Notes: a model not told the origin generated them from the sequence alone. A stretch of DNA of 64,000 nucleotides from an uncultured Pseudomonadales bacterium (GCA_964430265.1 CAYSEI010000003.1:1070-65069), one strand, 5' to 3'. Positions 27,307-37,485 are shown, counted from the stretch's first letter. Program-made: numbers and translations.

Positions 27307-27729
27307 TCAGCGTACAACTTCGATTGTCCCTGTTCCAACTTCGCTTTCTGCTCTTACTACAATTCTTCCTTCAGAATTTTGATAAATATCATATCCCGTG
27401 TCTTCTGCCGTCCCTGTACTTGGATCTTGAGGAACTTCAGTTATATACGTGGGAACAATTATTGATCCCAAATCATAACAGGAAGCTCCGGTTCCAATAC
27501 AAGTAGATGTTTCCGGAAAGTTAGTTGGGAAAATTCCTTTATTTTCTGTTACGTATTCATAAACAGCATTAGTTATAGAATACAAATCACTGCGTCGCTG
27601 TGTATCTCTGGCATTGGCAAATTGTCTACCGGGGTTAACTGCAACCAAGACAATGGCAACCAATATAGCAATGGTTCCAATAACTACCATGAGTTCTACC
27701 ATGGTAAAGCCTTTGTTATTTTTATTCAT
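27307..27729 (-). CDS. Type IV pilin paralog
   Basis: MNKNNKG|FTMVELMVVIGTIAIL. The first 60 mature residues are near-identical to the neighbouring pilin (AVNPGRQFANARDTQRRSDLYSITNAVY), and the C-terminus diverges. The likely start is the internal Met at 27729 rather than the ORF start at 27753. Confidence 0.85.
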   Translation of the reverse strand: MNKNNKGFTMVELMVVIGTIAILVAIVLVAVNPGRQFANARDTQRRSDLYSITNAVYEYVTENKGIFPTNFPETSTCIGTGASCYDLGSIIVPTYITEVPQDPSTGTAEDTGYDIYQNSEGRIVVRAESEVGTGTIEVVR

Positions 27730-28105
27730 TATCTCCTCCTTGTGTGTTTTCATTTATTGCAGATCCTGTTGCTTGTTTGTTTTCTTCTGCTTTTTTATCT
27801 TCTTGTTCTGTTTCATTTTCTTTGTTATTTTGGTCATTTTGTTCTTCATTATTTTCAACTTCATTTATCAGCTGTTTTATTTTTTCTTTCTCAATCCCAC
27901 TATTTTCAAAGGAATTTATAGTTGTAACCGCCTGGTCCACTTTATTTTTATTTAAAACCGGGTTTTTTTGCTGAACTATTTGTTCATTAATATTTTGTGA
28001 TGTTTGCCAGCTATTTATTATTGTATACCCAGAAAAGATAAATAAAAAGCCCAAGGCAAATATAAAAACAATACTGATAATAAATGTTTCACTAATTTTT
28101 TTCAT
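27722..28105 (-). CDS. Small membrane-anchored protein with an acidic, low-complexity tail
   Basis: 127 aa with one N-terminal TM, then a Glu/Asn/Lys-rich region. Sits between the pilin and pilO-like genes. Confidence 0.3.
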   Translation of the reverse strand: MKKISETFIISIVFIFALGFLFIFSGYTIINSWQTSQNINEQIVQQKNPVLNKNKVDQAVTTINSFENSGIEKEKIKQLINEVENNEEQNDQNNKENETEQEDKKAEENKQATGSAINENTQGGDNE

Positions 28106-28664
28106 TTAATTCCTCAAAATCCTGATCAACATAAATAAATAAATTGAATTCTGCTCGAACTTCTTTATCTTCAATATCCGGAGAAGTCAGGGTAAATTTC
28201 TGCGATCGGAAAAAGTAGGGTGATTTCTGTAACAAATTCAAGCTGTTTAATATTTTTGGCCAACTATCTTCGATTACTAATGTTAAAGGAAGATATGCAT
28301 TGCCATTAGCATCTTTCAAAGGCATATCTGAATCAAATGTAAAAATCTTTAAATCCGCTGATTTCTCAATTTTATTTATTAGATCAATAAAATCAACTAT
28401 TGATTCCGCATTGGGGAAACTTTTTTCAATTATTTCTTTTTTTGTTTGAATGTTTTCTAAATCTACCATAGTTTTCTGATAATTTTGCTGACTGATCTTC
28501 TGTGCCATTAATTCAGAAGAAACTTTTTGGATATTTTCCGCTTTTAAAGGTAAAAAATATAAAACAGCTATATTGGCAATTAACAATATAACGTCAACTC
28601 CGATTATTATTTTTAAAAATGAACTTAGAAATGGTTCTTTTTTCTGCTGTTTAATTTTTTTCAT
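28092..28664 (-). CDS. PilO-like type IV pilus assembly protein
   Basis: 190 aa with a short cytoplasmic N-terminus, one TM, a coiled coil and a periplasmic domain. Lies immediately downstream of pilMN. Confidence 0.5.
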   Translation of the reverse strand: MKKIKQQKKEPFLSSFLKIIIGVDVILLIANIAVLYFLPLKAENIQKVSSELMAQKISQQNYQKTMVDLENIQTKKEIIEKSFPNAESIVDFIDLINKIEKSADLKIFTFDSDMPLKDANGNAYLPLTLVIEDSWPKILNSLNLLQKSPYFFRSQKFTLTSPDIEDKEVRAEFNLFIYVDQDFEELNEKN

Positions 28665-30090
28665 TATTTATTATCTTAAAAGACAAACTGAAATTTAAAT
28701 TTTTCTCTTTTTCAAGATTGGAAATTGGTATTATTACACCTTTAAATTTTTCCTCCTCAACTAATTTTCTTTTTAAATTCAATAAATCTTCTCTGTCAGA
28801 AGCTGTTCCCGCCAAAATTACTTGCCCTGTTTGCATATCATATTCAAGATCAGTCAAACTAATATTTTCCGGTGAGAGTTCAATAATTTGAAAAACAATT
28901 TCTTGAGGAAAATTACGTGAGTTTGCAAGGTTTAAAACTTTTTGGCTCTGCTGATTAATTGCTCTTATATTACTTGCTTTTGCAGCAGTTAAAGAAAGAT
29001 TCATACTTTGCATTTGTTTTTTCTTGTTCAAAGAATTAATTCTGTTATAAAAAAACAAATAGGTTCCAATACTTGCAAGAGAGGTTGTAATAATAGCAAT
29101 TGTTGAAATCATAATCCAACGTTTAAGTGTTTTTCTACGTTTTTTTCTGTCATATTTTTTTTGAATTTGGGGAGGCAAAAGATTTATTGTTGTTTCATCT
29201 CTAGGTGCAGCAACTTTTCTCTGACAAAGAGAAATTGTTGTAATAAACCTGTTTAAAGCTTCTTTTTTAAGCCCGCCTATCTGTAAATTACACAATTGTG
29301 ATTTTTTTTCCAAACTACTCTCTACTTTTTGTTGCAGTTCTTTTCCTGCTTCTTGTCCGCATAAGTGAATTTCTTTAATTTCCTCTTGATACTTATCTTC
29401 ATAAAAATTACTCATTCTTTTTAAAGTCTGCAGAAAATATGCCTCGCCTACGCCATTTTCTTTGCCTGTTAGGGAGACAACTGAGCTTGCCATGATTTCT
29501 GCACCTTTACAAAGGGTTAAAGTAGCAGCTTGAGGCTGGACTTCAGCTACAATGGTTAACTCTTTTTTATCTTCTACCAATCGCGCCAAAGATATTGAAG
29601 TTGTTTCAAATGAAAGTGGATGTAGACCGGCTTTTTTAAAAGCTTTGACATATCCATTTACAATTTTTTTTGGAATTGAGACTGCTAAAACCGTATGCCC
29701 CGATGAATTGTCAGACTTAATAATACGCCAGTCTAAATAACTTTCTTCAATAGGAGTCGGCAAAAAAGTTTTTGCCTGCCAACGAACAGCTTCATCAATC
29801 TCATTTAACTTAATATCCGGAAAAGTTATCACTTTAGTAAAAACCTTTTCCTCCGGAATACCAACAATTACTTTTTCCTGCTTGATACTGTTTTTTTGCA
29901 AAATCTGGGTAATCAAAGAAGCAAGCTTGTCAATATCAACAACTTCACTTACATTAATAATTTCCGGGGATATCTGTTGTTCAATAGCTTTAAGAACTTT
30001 GTTTCCTTTACTGTTTAAAACCACTAACTGCAGTTTATGGGAAAGAATTGCTAAGCTAAAATAATCTTTCTGGCTATTTAAAATACTCAT
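28651..30090 (-). CDS. PilM-PilN fusion (actin-like ATPase-fold PilM plus TM and periplasmic PilN domain)
   Basis: 479 aa. The first roughly 330 aa are PilM-like (two RNaseH-like subdomains). A basic stretch and TM helix (WIMISTIAIITTSLASIGTYLFFY) follow, then a PilN-like domain. Confidence 0.7.
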   Translation of the reverse strand: MSILNSQKDYFSLAILSHKLQLVVLNSKGNKVLKAIEQQISPEIINVSEVVDIDKLASLITQILQKNSIKQEKVIVGIPEEKVFTKVITFPDIKLNEIDEAVRWQAKTFLPTPIEESYLDWRIIKSDNSSGHTVLAVSIPKKIVNGYVKAFKKAGLHPLSFETTSISLARLVEDKKELTIVAEVQPQAATLTLCKGAEIMASSVVSLTGKENGVGEAYFLQTLKRMSNFYEDKYQEEIKEIHLCGQEAGKELQQKVESSLEKKSQLCNLQIGGLKKEALNRFITTISLCQRKVAAPRDETTINLLPPQIQKKYDRKKRRKTLKRWIMISTIAIITTSLASIGTYLFFYNRINSLNKKKQMQSMNLSLTAAKASNIRAINQQSQKVLNLANSRNFPQEIVFQIIELSPENISLTDLEYDMQTGQVILAGTASDREDLLNLKRKLVEEEKFKGVIIPISNLEKEKNLNFSLSFKIINNEKN

Positions 30091-30198
30091 TTGGGCAGAT
30101 TAACTCTATAACTTAAGTATAGTAATAAATTATGCGCTTGTCCATTATTTGCTCTCATTATATCAGAAGGTTTGAAAATTGCTGCAGAATGCGTTTTA

Positions 30199-31530
30199 AT
30201 GAAGCTAATGCCCAATTCCAAAAAAGGTCAAATTTTAATTGAGATTATTATAGCAGTTGCACTCTTAGGAATCTTATTTCACGCAGTTTTTACTTTACTT
30301 AATGGTGCATTTCAAACAGTGGGTGAAGTCCGCGTCAGACAGACTGCCAAACACTTAGCACAATCAAAAATAGAAGAGATCCATAATCTTCCCTATGATC
30401 AGATCGGTACTATCAATGGAATTCCTTCAGGAAGCATAGCTCAGTACGAAAACAAGAAAATGAACGGAATAAGCTACAATATTTTTACTACTGTTATTTA
30501 TGTTGATGACCCTTTTGACCAATTTGCTCCTAATGATACCCTTCCTACAGATTACAAAAGAATCCGCGTAGAAGTAAACTGGAAAGGTCTTTTCCCTTCT
30601 AAAAGACCAATTACTTTAATTACTGACATTGCACCGCAAGGGATGGAAGAAGCAGAAGACGGAGGAACAATCCTTATCCAGGTTGCCGATGCCAATGTAA
30701 ACCCTATACCAAATGCAGAGGTGCAATTAGTTAATGATTCAGTCAATCCGGAGATTAACCTTAATCTTAAAACTAACGATCAAGGAAAGTTATTGATTCC
30801 GGGTGCACCTGCTTGTGCCACTTGTTATTTTGTTTCGGTAACCAAAAACGGTTATACTACCAGTAGAACTTATTCAAATCAAGAAATTGCCAATCCAACC
30901 AAAGCTTATCTAACAGTTGAAGAAGGTGGTTTAACAGATCCTACTTTTTTTATTGATAAAACTTCAACTATAACAATTAAAAGCTATGGCAGCCGGTTAA
31001 ATGGTTTTCCTCCTTTAGGCAATATTACTTTTCATTTACAGGGCACTAAAAAGATCGGCACTGACACTTCAGAAAATCCGGTTTATAAAATAGGCCAGGA
31101 TTACACAACCAACACTAACGGAGAGATAATCTTGGAAGATTTTGAATGGGATAATTATACTTTTACACTTACGGATGATTCCCTTGACCTGGCAGGAAAC
31201 AATCCTTTTGAATTAAATTTACTACCAGACAGTAACCTTGTTTTTCATTTTGCTACTAAAGAGCATGAAAATAACAGCTTGTTAATTCAAATTATGAACA
31301 ACGCTGATGAGCCAATTGGTTCTGCCAGTGCTGAATTGAGTAGAGAAGAATTTAATGAAGCAACTACCAGCGGCAAGATTGATCAGCCAAACTTTGGACA
31401 AGTGTTTTTCAGTCCTCTTGACTCGGGAGAACATGAATTATTTATAAAAGCTGACGGTTATGAAGACACTCAGAATACAATAGATGTATCCGGACAGTCA
31501 ATTGAAAAAATTATTTTACAAGAACAATGA
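30199..31530 (+). CDS. Large minor-pilin-like protein with a divergent prepilin N-terminus
   Basis: KKG|QILIEIIIAVALLGIL has Glu at +5 but Q instead of F at +1. The remaining roughly 400 aa of extracellular region are probably beta-rich. The start was chosen at an internal Met. Confidence 0.45.
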   Translation: MKLMPNSKKGQILIEIIIAVALLGILFHAVFTLLNGAFQTVGEVRVRQTAKHLAQSKIEEIHNLPYDQIGTINGIPSGSIAQYENKKMNGISYNIFTTVIYVDDPFDQFAPNDTLPTDYKRIRVEVNWKGLFPSKRPITLITDIAPQGMEEAEDGGTILIQVADANVNPIPNAEVQLVNDSVNPEINLNLKTNDQGKLLIPGAPACATCYFVSVTKNGYTTSRTYSNQEIANPTKAYLTVEEGGLTDPTFFIDKTSTITIKSYGSRLNGFPPLGNITFHLQGTKKIGTDTSENPVYKIGQDYTTNTNGEIILEDFEWDNYTFTLTDDSLDLAGNNPFELNLLPDSNLVFHFATKEHENNSLLIQIMNNADEPIGSASAELSREEFNEATTSGKIDQPNFGQVFFSPLDSGEHELFIKADGYEDTQNTIDVSGQSIEKIILQEQ

Positions 31531-32147
31531 AACATAAAAAAAGACTTGCCTCACAAAAAGGGTTTACACTAATTGAGCTTTTAGTAGGCATGACCATAGC
31601 AGTTAGTTTGGTTGGTCTGATTATTCTTTTACAAGTTCATTTATCCGAAGACCAGCTGTTCTTATTAAAAAAAAGCTTATCCAACCAAGGAGCAAATGAA
31701 AGTTTAACCCAAATAAAAAAAGAATTACGAAATGTTCAACCAGGAGAAAATGGTGATTACCCATTATTTATTGCCCAAGACTATCAAATCGGGTTTTATA
31801 CGGATGTTGATTTTGACTCAGAAATTGAAAGAGTCCGCTATTTTCTGCAAAACGGTGTCCTGTCAAAAGGAACAATTGAACCTAATGAAAGCTATCAATA
31901 TTTAGAAGAAAACGAAATAATTAAAATTATTAATGAAGACGTTAGAAATACTGATCAACCGCTTTTCTCTTTTTACAACGGAAATTGGCCTGATGATCAA
32001 GAAAATAATCCGCTTGAAACACCAGCACCTTTTGATGAGATTAAGCTGATTAAAATATATTTACAAATTAATACTGAATATGATCCAAACAGTGATTTTA
32101 TATCCGAGTCTTTTGTCAGTCCTAGAATTTTAAAGGAAAACCTATGA
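31527..32147 (+). CDS. Minor pilin (prepilin-type N-terminal cleavage and methylation domain)
   Basis: QKG|FTLIELLVGMTIAVSLVGL. Confidence 0.7.
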   Translation: MKHKKRLASQKGFTLIELLVGMTIAVSLVGLIILLQVHLSEDQLFLLKKSLSNQGANESLTQIKKELRNVQPGENGDYPLFIAQDYQIGFYTDVDFDSEIERVRYFLQNGVLSKGTIEPNESYQYLEENEIIKIINEDVRNTDQPLFSFYNGNWPDDQENNPLETPAPFDEIKLIKIYLQINTEYDPNSDFISESFVSPRILKENL

Positions 32148-33520
32148 AAAAAAATAAAAGAGGCTCTTTAACCATTTCTCTTTTAACCATCAGCGCTTCC
32201 TTTATAATCATTATTTTAGCTTTGTTAATGCTTTTAACAAACCAATTTGACTATACAATGCGTCAGGAAGCACATCAGCAAGCATTAAATATTGCTGAAG
32301 CAGGAATTAACTATTACCGTTGGCACTTAGCTCACGATCAAAATGATTTTCAGGACGGAACTGATAATACCGGTCCATATATTCATGATTATCATGATCC
32401 ACAGGGTAAACAAATTGGCCAATACTCTTTAGAAATTATTCCGCCAGATGAAGGATCCACAGTAGTTACCATAAAATCAACTGGATGGCATAATGAATAT
32501 CCAAATATTAAAAGAACTATAACTGCAAAATTGGGTTTACCTTCTATTACTCAATACTCATCTTTAAATAATACCAGTTTGTGGTTTGGTTCAGGCATAA
32601 CCGTTCATGGTTTGATCCACAGTAATAATGGTATTCGCATGGATGGTGTAAATACTTCAATAGTTAGCAGTGCCAGAGAAACATATACCTGTGGTACAGA
32701 AACAGGTTGTTCTCCTTCTCAGGAAAGACCCGGCGTATGGGGAAGCGGACCTGGCGGAGATCAGGGATTGTGGGAGTTTCCTGTTGCTAATTATGATTTT
32801 GAAGGAATTAACCTTGACTTTCTTAAGATGCGTCAAGCAGCACAAGACAATGGATTATATCTTCAAGATTCACAAGCACAGGGATATCATTTAATTTTTT
32901 CCGGTCAATATTTGAATGTACGTAGAGTAACGGATACTGACTATACTTGGGGATATAGCAGTGAACAAGGCTGTGAAAGACTTTATCAATACATAGATTC
33001 TGAAGAGACTGTTGGAAACTATGATTTATCAGAAACCCCCATTGTTTTTGCTGAAGATAATCTTTGGGTAGAAGGAACCGTTGAAGGAAGAGTTACGGTA
33101 ATTGCTACACGTTTTCCTTTGGATAATAATAATATGAATATTTGGATTGATGATAATTTGCAATACGAATCACACGATGATCACAATCGCTTGGGATTAA
33201 TTGCACAAAATGATATATATTTCTCCCGTAATATTCCTAATGATTTTGTAGTTGAAGGCGCTCTAATGGCAGTTAAGGGACATATTATCAGACACGGATA
33301 TTTTTGGTGGTGCGGCTGGTACAATAATGCAGTCAGAAATTCATTAACAGTCTACGGAACTCTTATTTCTAACCTAAAACCATACTGGAACTACGGAACC
33401 TCACCAACTTCAGGATTTGAAACTAGAACCCATACTTATGATTCTTCTTTACTTTATAATCCTCCTCCTTATTTTCCCACTCAAGGAGAATATAATCTTA
33501 TTTATTGGAAAGAAGATTAA
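32144..33520 (+). CDS. PilX-like minor pilin / tip-associated protein
   Basis: N-terminal TM, then NIAEAGINYYRWHLAH, which resembles the PilX_N motif. Large extracellular domain. Confidence 0.45.
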   Translation: MKKNKRGSLTISLLTISASFIIIILALLMLLTNQFDYTMRQEAHQQALNIAEAGINYYRWHLAHDQNDFQDGTDNTGPYIHDYHDPQGKQIGQYSLEIIPPDEGSTVVTIKSTGWHNEYPNIKRTITAKLGLPSITQYSSLNNTSLWFGSGITVHGLIHSNNGIRMDGVNTSIVSSARETYTCGTETGCSPSQERPGVWGSGPGGDQGLWEFPVANYDFEGINLDFLKMRQAAQDNGLYLQDSQAQGYHLIFSGQYLNVRRVTDTDYTWGYSSEQGCERLYQYIDSEETVGNYDLSETPIVFAEDNLWVEGTVEGRVTVIATRFPLDNNNMNIWIDDNLQYESHDDHNRLGLIAQNDIYFSRNIPNDFVVEGALMAVKGHIIRHGYFWWCGWYNNAVRNSLTVYGTLISNLKPYWNYGTSPTSGFETRTHTYDSSLLYNPPPYFPTQGEYNLIYWKED

Positions 33521-34179
33521 TCAAGCATTTCACTGCAAACAGTTTCTGAGACAACAAAGTTTTCTTTGCCTTTCTCCGGTTCTTCAAAGTTACAACGAAA
33601 TGGCTTCTGACTGGCACTGGGTTCATCAGAAGGTGAAGGATACAACGGCTCCGGACTGTAGTTACTACTTGGTTCGGGTTCGGAAATGTATGTTTCCGGA
33701 ACCACAGGCGCAGACTCTTCAGGTAAAACAGGACTGGGTGAAGGCATTATTGAATTTTCATCACTGCTTTCTTCCAAAATCCGAACAATTTCTTCAAACT
33801 CTTGTAGATTAATAATATCTTCGGAAATATATGCCAAATCTTTTATATTGTCCAAATCAATTATTATGTTTCCCATTTCGTCAGAAAATCTGTCTGCATC
33901 TAGTTGGGACAATTTAGCAAACAATTGATCAATTTTATTTTTATCCCAATATTGCATAATTGTTCTGTCCGGGGTTTTGATGGTTACTTGACCGCTACGA
34001 TTTACTGTTACCGAACTTCCCTTTTTTTTGAATTCCACTTGCTCAATAGTCTTGGATTTGTTACCACTTCCTGTACCAGCAGAAGGATTAACAATAAGAT
34101 AAATTCCTAATCCCAAAAACGTAAAAGCAACTAAAATCCCCAAAACTATTTTTGTAGACTTACTAATTTTTGTTTCCAT
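33517..34179 (-). CDS. Hypothetical membrane-anchored protein with a Pro/Ser/Glu-rich C-terminus
   Basis: 220 aa with one TM. Downstream of pilC in the same operon. Confidence 0.3.
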   Translation of the reverse strand: METKISKSTKIVLGILVAFTFLGLGIYLIVNPSAGTGSGNKSKTIEQVEFKKKGSSVTVNRSGQVTIKTPDRTIMQYWDKNKIDQLFAKLSQLDADRFSDEMGNIIIDLDNIKDLAYISEDIINLQEFEEIVRILEESSDENSIMPSPSPVLPEESAPVVPETYISEPEPSSNYSPEPLYPSPSDEPSASQKPFRCNFEEPEKGKENFVVSETVCSEMLD

Positions 34180-35402
34180 TATAAACTGGATCCTGCTTGT
34201 CCTTGTAAATTACCAACCACACTATAGATCGGTCCGATAATTGAAATCACCATTGCTCCTACTGCAACTCCGATTATCAACATTAAAGCCGGTTCCAATA
34301 AGCTAACAAACTTTTTCAGTGATGTTTCCACCTCTTCTTCATAAAAAGTTGCCAAGTCCATTAAAATCTCATCTAAAGTCCCGCTTTCTTCTCCTGCTTT
34401 TATTGTCTGCATCATTATGGGAGGAAAAACTTTTTCCTCTTCTAGGATAATTGACAAAGAGGTGCCTTTTTTGATCTTTTTGTTAAAATGCTCAGAAAAT
34501 TTATCAAATTTGTTTTGTGAAAGCGTAAGCGCAGAAACATTCAAAGCTTTAATAATCGGAACACCCGTTGCTAAAAGCAAAGATAAAGTCCGGGAAAAAC
34601 GTGCTAAATCCAAATGTTCCATTAATCTATTAATTATTGGCATTTTGGATAAAAAATTCATAATTGCTCTTCTTGTGGAGGAGACTTTCATCAGAACTAC
34701 AAAGCCCACGATTGAAAGCACAAAACCTCCAACAACAAAAAGTGCATGGTTCCCCAACCATTTACTTACTGACAATAAAATTTGCGTTGGCAGAGGTATA
34801 TTAATATTCATACTAATAAAAACATTACCAATCTTTGGCAAAACAAAAGTCATCATAGCTATTCCTACAGCCACCATGGCAGTTAAAACCACAATTGGAT
34901 AAGCCAATGCTCCTTTTACTTTTTGTGTCAACTGATGCTGAGACATTAACTGAGTCGCCAAATAATCAAACGTTTCTTCCATTTTTCCTGATTCTTCACC
35001 AGCCTCAATCATGGTAATAAAAACTTTATCAAAAACATTGGGAAAGCGGGAAAATCCGTCTGAAAGTGATTCTCCTTTTTTAATTCCGTAATAAACATCC
35101 TCTAATATTGCCCGCATTCTCTTGTTTTCTGTTTCAGAAATAAATATTTCAAAAGCTTCATTAATCGGCAAGGCTGCTTTAAGCATAATTGACAAGTGAC
35201 GGCAGAGAGTAGCTTTTTCAATAACAGGAATTGTTAAAAAATTATCAAACAAAGAAGCTTCTTTGTTGCGTTTTTTAATTGATAAAACTTTATAGCCTTT
35301 TTCCTGCAATAATTGGGCAGCATCTTCTTCATTAACAGCAGTGATTCCGTCAGATATAATTTTACCGTTTTTGTTTTCCGCTTTATATTGGAAAAGAGGC
35401 AT
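34179..35402 (-). CDS. pilC: Type IV pilus inner-membrane platform protein PilC (GspF/T2SS-F family)
   Basis: 407 aa with two T2SSF repeats and 3 TM. Adjacent to pilB. Confidence 0.85.
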   Translation of the reverse strand: MPLFQYKAENKNGKIISDGITAVNEEDAAQLLQEKGYKVLSIKKRNKEASLFDNFLTIPVIEKATLCRHLSIMLKAALPINEAFEIFISETENKRMRAILEDVYYGIKKGESLSDGFSRFPNVFDKVFITMIEAGEESGKMEETFDYLATQLMSQHQLTQKVKGALAYPIVVLTAMVAVGIAMMTFVLPKIGNVFISMNINIPLPTQILLSVSKWLGNHALFVVGGFVLSIVGFVVLMKVSSTRRAIMNFLSKMPIINRLMEHLDLARFSRTLSLLLATGVPIIKALNVSALTLSQNKFDKFSEHFNKKIKKGTSLSIILEEEKVFPPIMMQTIKAGEESGTLDEILMDLATFYEEEVETSLKKFVSLLEPALMLIIGVAVGAMVISIIGPIYSVVGNLQGQAGSSL

Positions 35403-35403
35403 T

Positions 35404-37083
35404 TTAGTCCTTTAAAACTCTTAATACTTCATCAATAGTTGTCAATCCTGCAGCTACTTTATTTAACCCGTCTTCCATCAAAGTAACCATCCCTTTTTGT
35501 CTGGCAACTTTTTTAATCTTGTCACTGGATGATTTGGCAATAGTCAATTCCCTAATTTCTTCGTCAAAAGGTAAAATTTCAAATACACCAATTCTGCCTC
35601 TATAGCCCGTATTACGACACTCCTCACACCCTTTTCCCCTATAAAATTTTTGTTTTGTTACTTTTTCTCCCAGTTCTTTTGAAAATAAATCAAGAGTTTT
35701 CTGCTCCGGTTGGTATTCTTCTATGCAACTCCGACAGATTTTTCTTACCAATCTCTGAGCAATTACTGAATTAATTGTTGAAGCAACTAAGTATCCTTCC
35801 GCTCCCATGTCCAAAAAACGGGGGATTGCACCGGCCGCATCATTGGTATGCAAAGTTGATAGAACTAAGTGACCTGTCAAAGAAGAATGAATTGATATTT
35901 CTGCAGTTTCTTCATCCCTGATCTCTCCAACCATGATAATATCCGGATCATGTCTTAATAAGGACCGCAGCCCGGCTGCAAAAGTTAAACCTGCTTTAGG
36001 ATTAACTTGTGTTTGTGTAATCTGCTGCATACCATATTCAATCGGATCCTCAATAGTACAAATTTTTACTTTAATTGTGTTGAGGATGTTCAAAATACTA
36101 TATAAAGTTGTTGTTTTACCTGATCCTGTTGGACCGGTAACCAGAATCATTCCGTGTGGTTTTTCAATGCTATTTCTGATTAATTCCAAGTTCTTGTTTC
36201 TTAGTCCTAATTCTGAAAGTCCCAAAGGACGCGCACTTTCAGTTAACAAACGCATTACCACATTTTCGCCGTAAAATCCGGGAATTACGGAAACACGCAA
36301 AGCAACTGATTCATTGTCTATTTCAAATTTAAACCTCCCGTCTTGCGGAACACGATGTTCATCTATCTTCAAAGAAGCCAAAATCTTTATTCTTGCTACT
36401 AATGCTCCTTGTATTTCTTTGGGTAGATTAATAATATCCTGCAAAACTCCGTCTATACGAAAACGCACTATTACTTGCCCTTCAAAGCTTTCTAAATGAA
36501 TATCAGAAGCTCTTTCTGCTGCAGCAAATTCAATTAAAGTGTCTAAAAGTTTAATAACTGGTATTTCTTCTGCCGCTTCATTTGGCTCTTTTTTCCCTTT
36601 TTGTGCTTCTTCAATGTTTTCCAAAATATTTTCTTTAAACACTTTTTTAAAACTTTTTTTGTATTGCCCTAAACTTTTACTTAAATCATCTTCCATTATT
36701 AAGTAAGGAACAATACGTTTCCCTGTTTTCCGTTTGGCAAATTCCAAAACTTCAAAATCTTTTGGGTCTTCCATTGCTAGATGCAGATTATCTTTTTCAA
36801 CTTTAAATGGCAAAATACGATAATTCCGTGCCAAACGCTCAGGAATCAAGTTTAGAACATTTTCAGGTATTACAGTACCACTTAAAGAGATAAAGGGGAC
36901 ATTAAGATGTTCTGCAACTAATTGACCCAAAGCTTTTTCTGTTATTAAACCTCGAAAAATCAAAACATCTTCCAGGCTTTTTTTCATTTCTTTGGCTGTA
37001 CTTACAGCTTTTTTAAGTTCTTTTTCATCAACAAACCCTGATTTGAGCAGGATTTCTTTCAGAGTTTCTTGTTTTAATTTCAT
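35404..37083 (-). CDS. pilB: Type IV pilus assembly ATPase PilB (GspE family)
   Basis: Walker A GPTGSGKTTTLYS. N-terminal GspE_N domain. A C-terminal tetracysteine CxxC...CxxC (CRSC...CEEC) is present. Confidence 0.9.
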   Translation of the reverse strand: MKLKQETLKEILLKSGFVDEKELKKAVSTAKEMKKSLEDVLIFRGLITEKALGQLVAEHLNVPFISLSGTVIPENVLNLIPERLARNYRILPFKVEKDNLHLAMEDPKDFEVLEFAKRKTGKRIVPYLIMEDDLSKSLGQYKKSFKKVFKENILENIEEAQKGKKEPNEAAEEIPVIKLLDTLIEFAAAERASDIHLESFEGQVIVRFRIDGVLQDIINLPKEIQGALVARIKILASLKIDEHRVPQDGRFKFEIDNESVALRVSVIPGFYGENVVMRLLTESARPLGLSELGLRNKNLELIRNSIEKPHGMILVTGPTGSGKTTTLYSILNILNTIKVKICTIEDPIEYGMQQITQTQVNPKAGLTFAAGLRSLLRHDPDIIMVGEIRDEETAEISIHSSLTGHLVLSTLHTNDAAGAIPRFLDMGAEGYLVASTINSVIAQRLVRKICRSCIEEYQPEQKTLDLFSKELGEKVTKQKFYRGKGCEECRNTGYRGRIGVFEILPFDEEIRELTIAKSSSDKIKKVARQKGMVTLMEDGLNKVAAGLTTIDEVLRVLKD

Positions 37084-37466
37084 GGCAGTGAATTGTTATC
37101 TACGTCTTTAAGATGTGGCTTAATTTTTTCTACAACTTGATTAGGTGTTAAGTTTGCTTTTACTAAATACTCTTTAACGCCCATTTTTTGAGCAGCATTT
37201 CTTTTTTCCGGATCAGAAAGATTGGAAAGAATTACAACCGGAACACTTTCACCTCCGGGTAAAGAACGGATTTTTTTAAGTGCATCCAAACCCGACAGTT
37301 TAGGAAGCATAATATCAAGAAGAACAAAGTCCGGATTTTCTTTTTCAAAAAATTCCACAGCTGCCTCACCTTCTGCAACAATACTAGTCTCTATACCCAA
37401 ATTCTTTAATTTTGTTGCATACATTCCAGCAATCAAAGAATCATCTTCTGCTATTAAAACTTTCAT
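37080..37466 (-). CDS. Stand-alone response-regulator receiver (CheY-like) protein
   Basis: MKVLIAEDD...LLDIMLP, with the phospho-acceptor Asp and conserved Lys. 128 aa and no output domain. Confidence 0.8.
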   Translation of the reverse strand: MKVLIAEDDSLIAGMYATKLKNLGIETSIVAEGEAAVEFFEKENPDFVLLDIMLPKLSGLDALKKIRSLPGGESVPVVILSNLSDPEKRNAAQKMGVKEYLVKANLTPNQVVEKIKPHLKDVDNNSLP

Positions 37467-37485
37467 AAAATCATCTTAACATTTA

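Noticed and set aside
26776-27753. Repeated sequence blocks between the two pilin genes, considered as a CRISPR-like or mobile-element repeat
   Set aside because: The repeats are the coding 5' portions of two paralogous pilin genes. There is no spacer-repeat periodicity and no cas genes.
27614-27974. Three overlapping plus-strand ORFs with Phe/Leu-rich, low-complexity translations
   Set aside because: They overlap the second pilin gene and the 127-aa gene on the opposite strand. They are translations of the antisense of AT-rich codons and are not credible genes.
37080-37466. The stand-alone receiver as PilH or PilG specifically
   Set aside because: No Che-like histidine kinase or other pil-chp genes are present. 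A generic CheY-like receiver is all the sequence supports.
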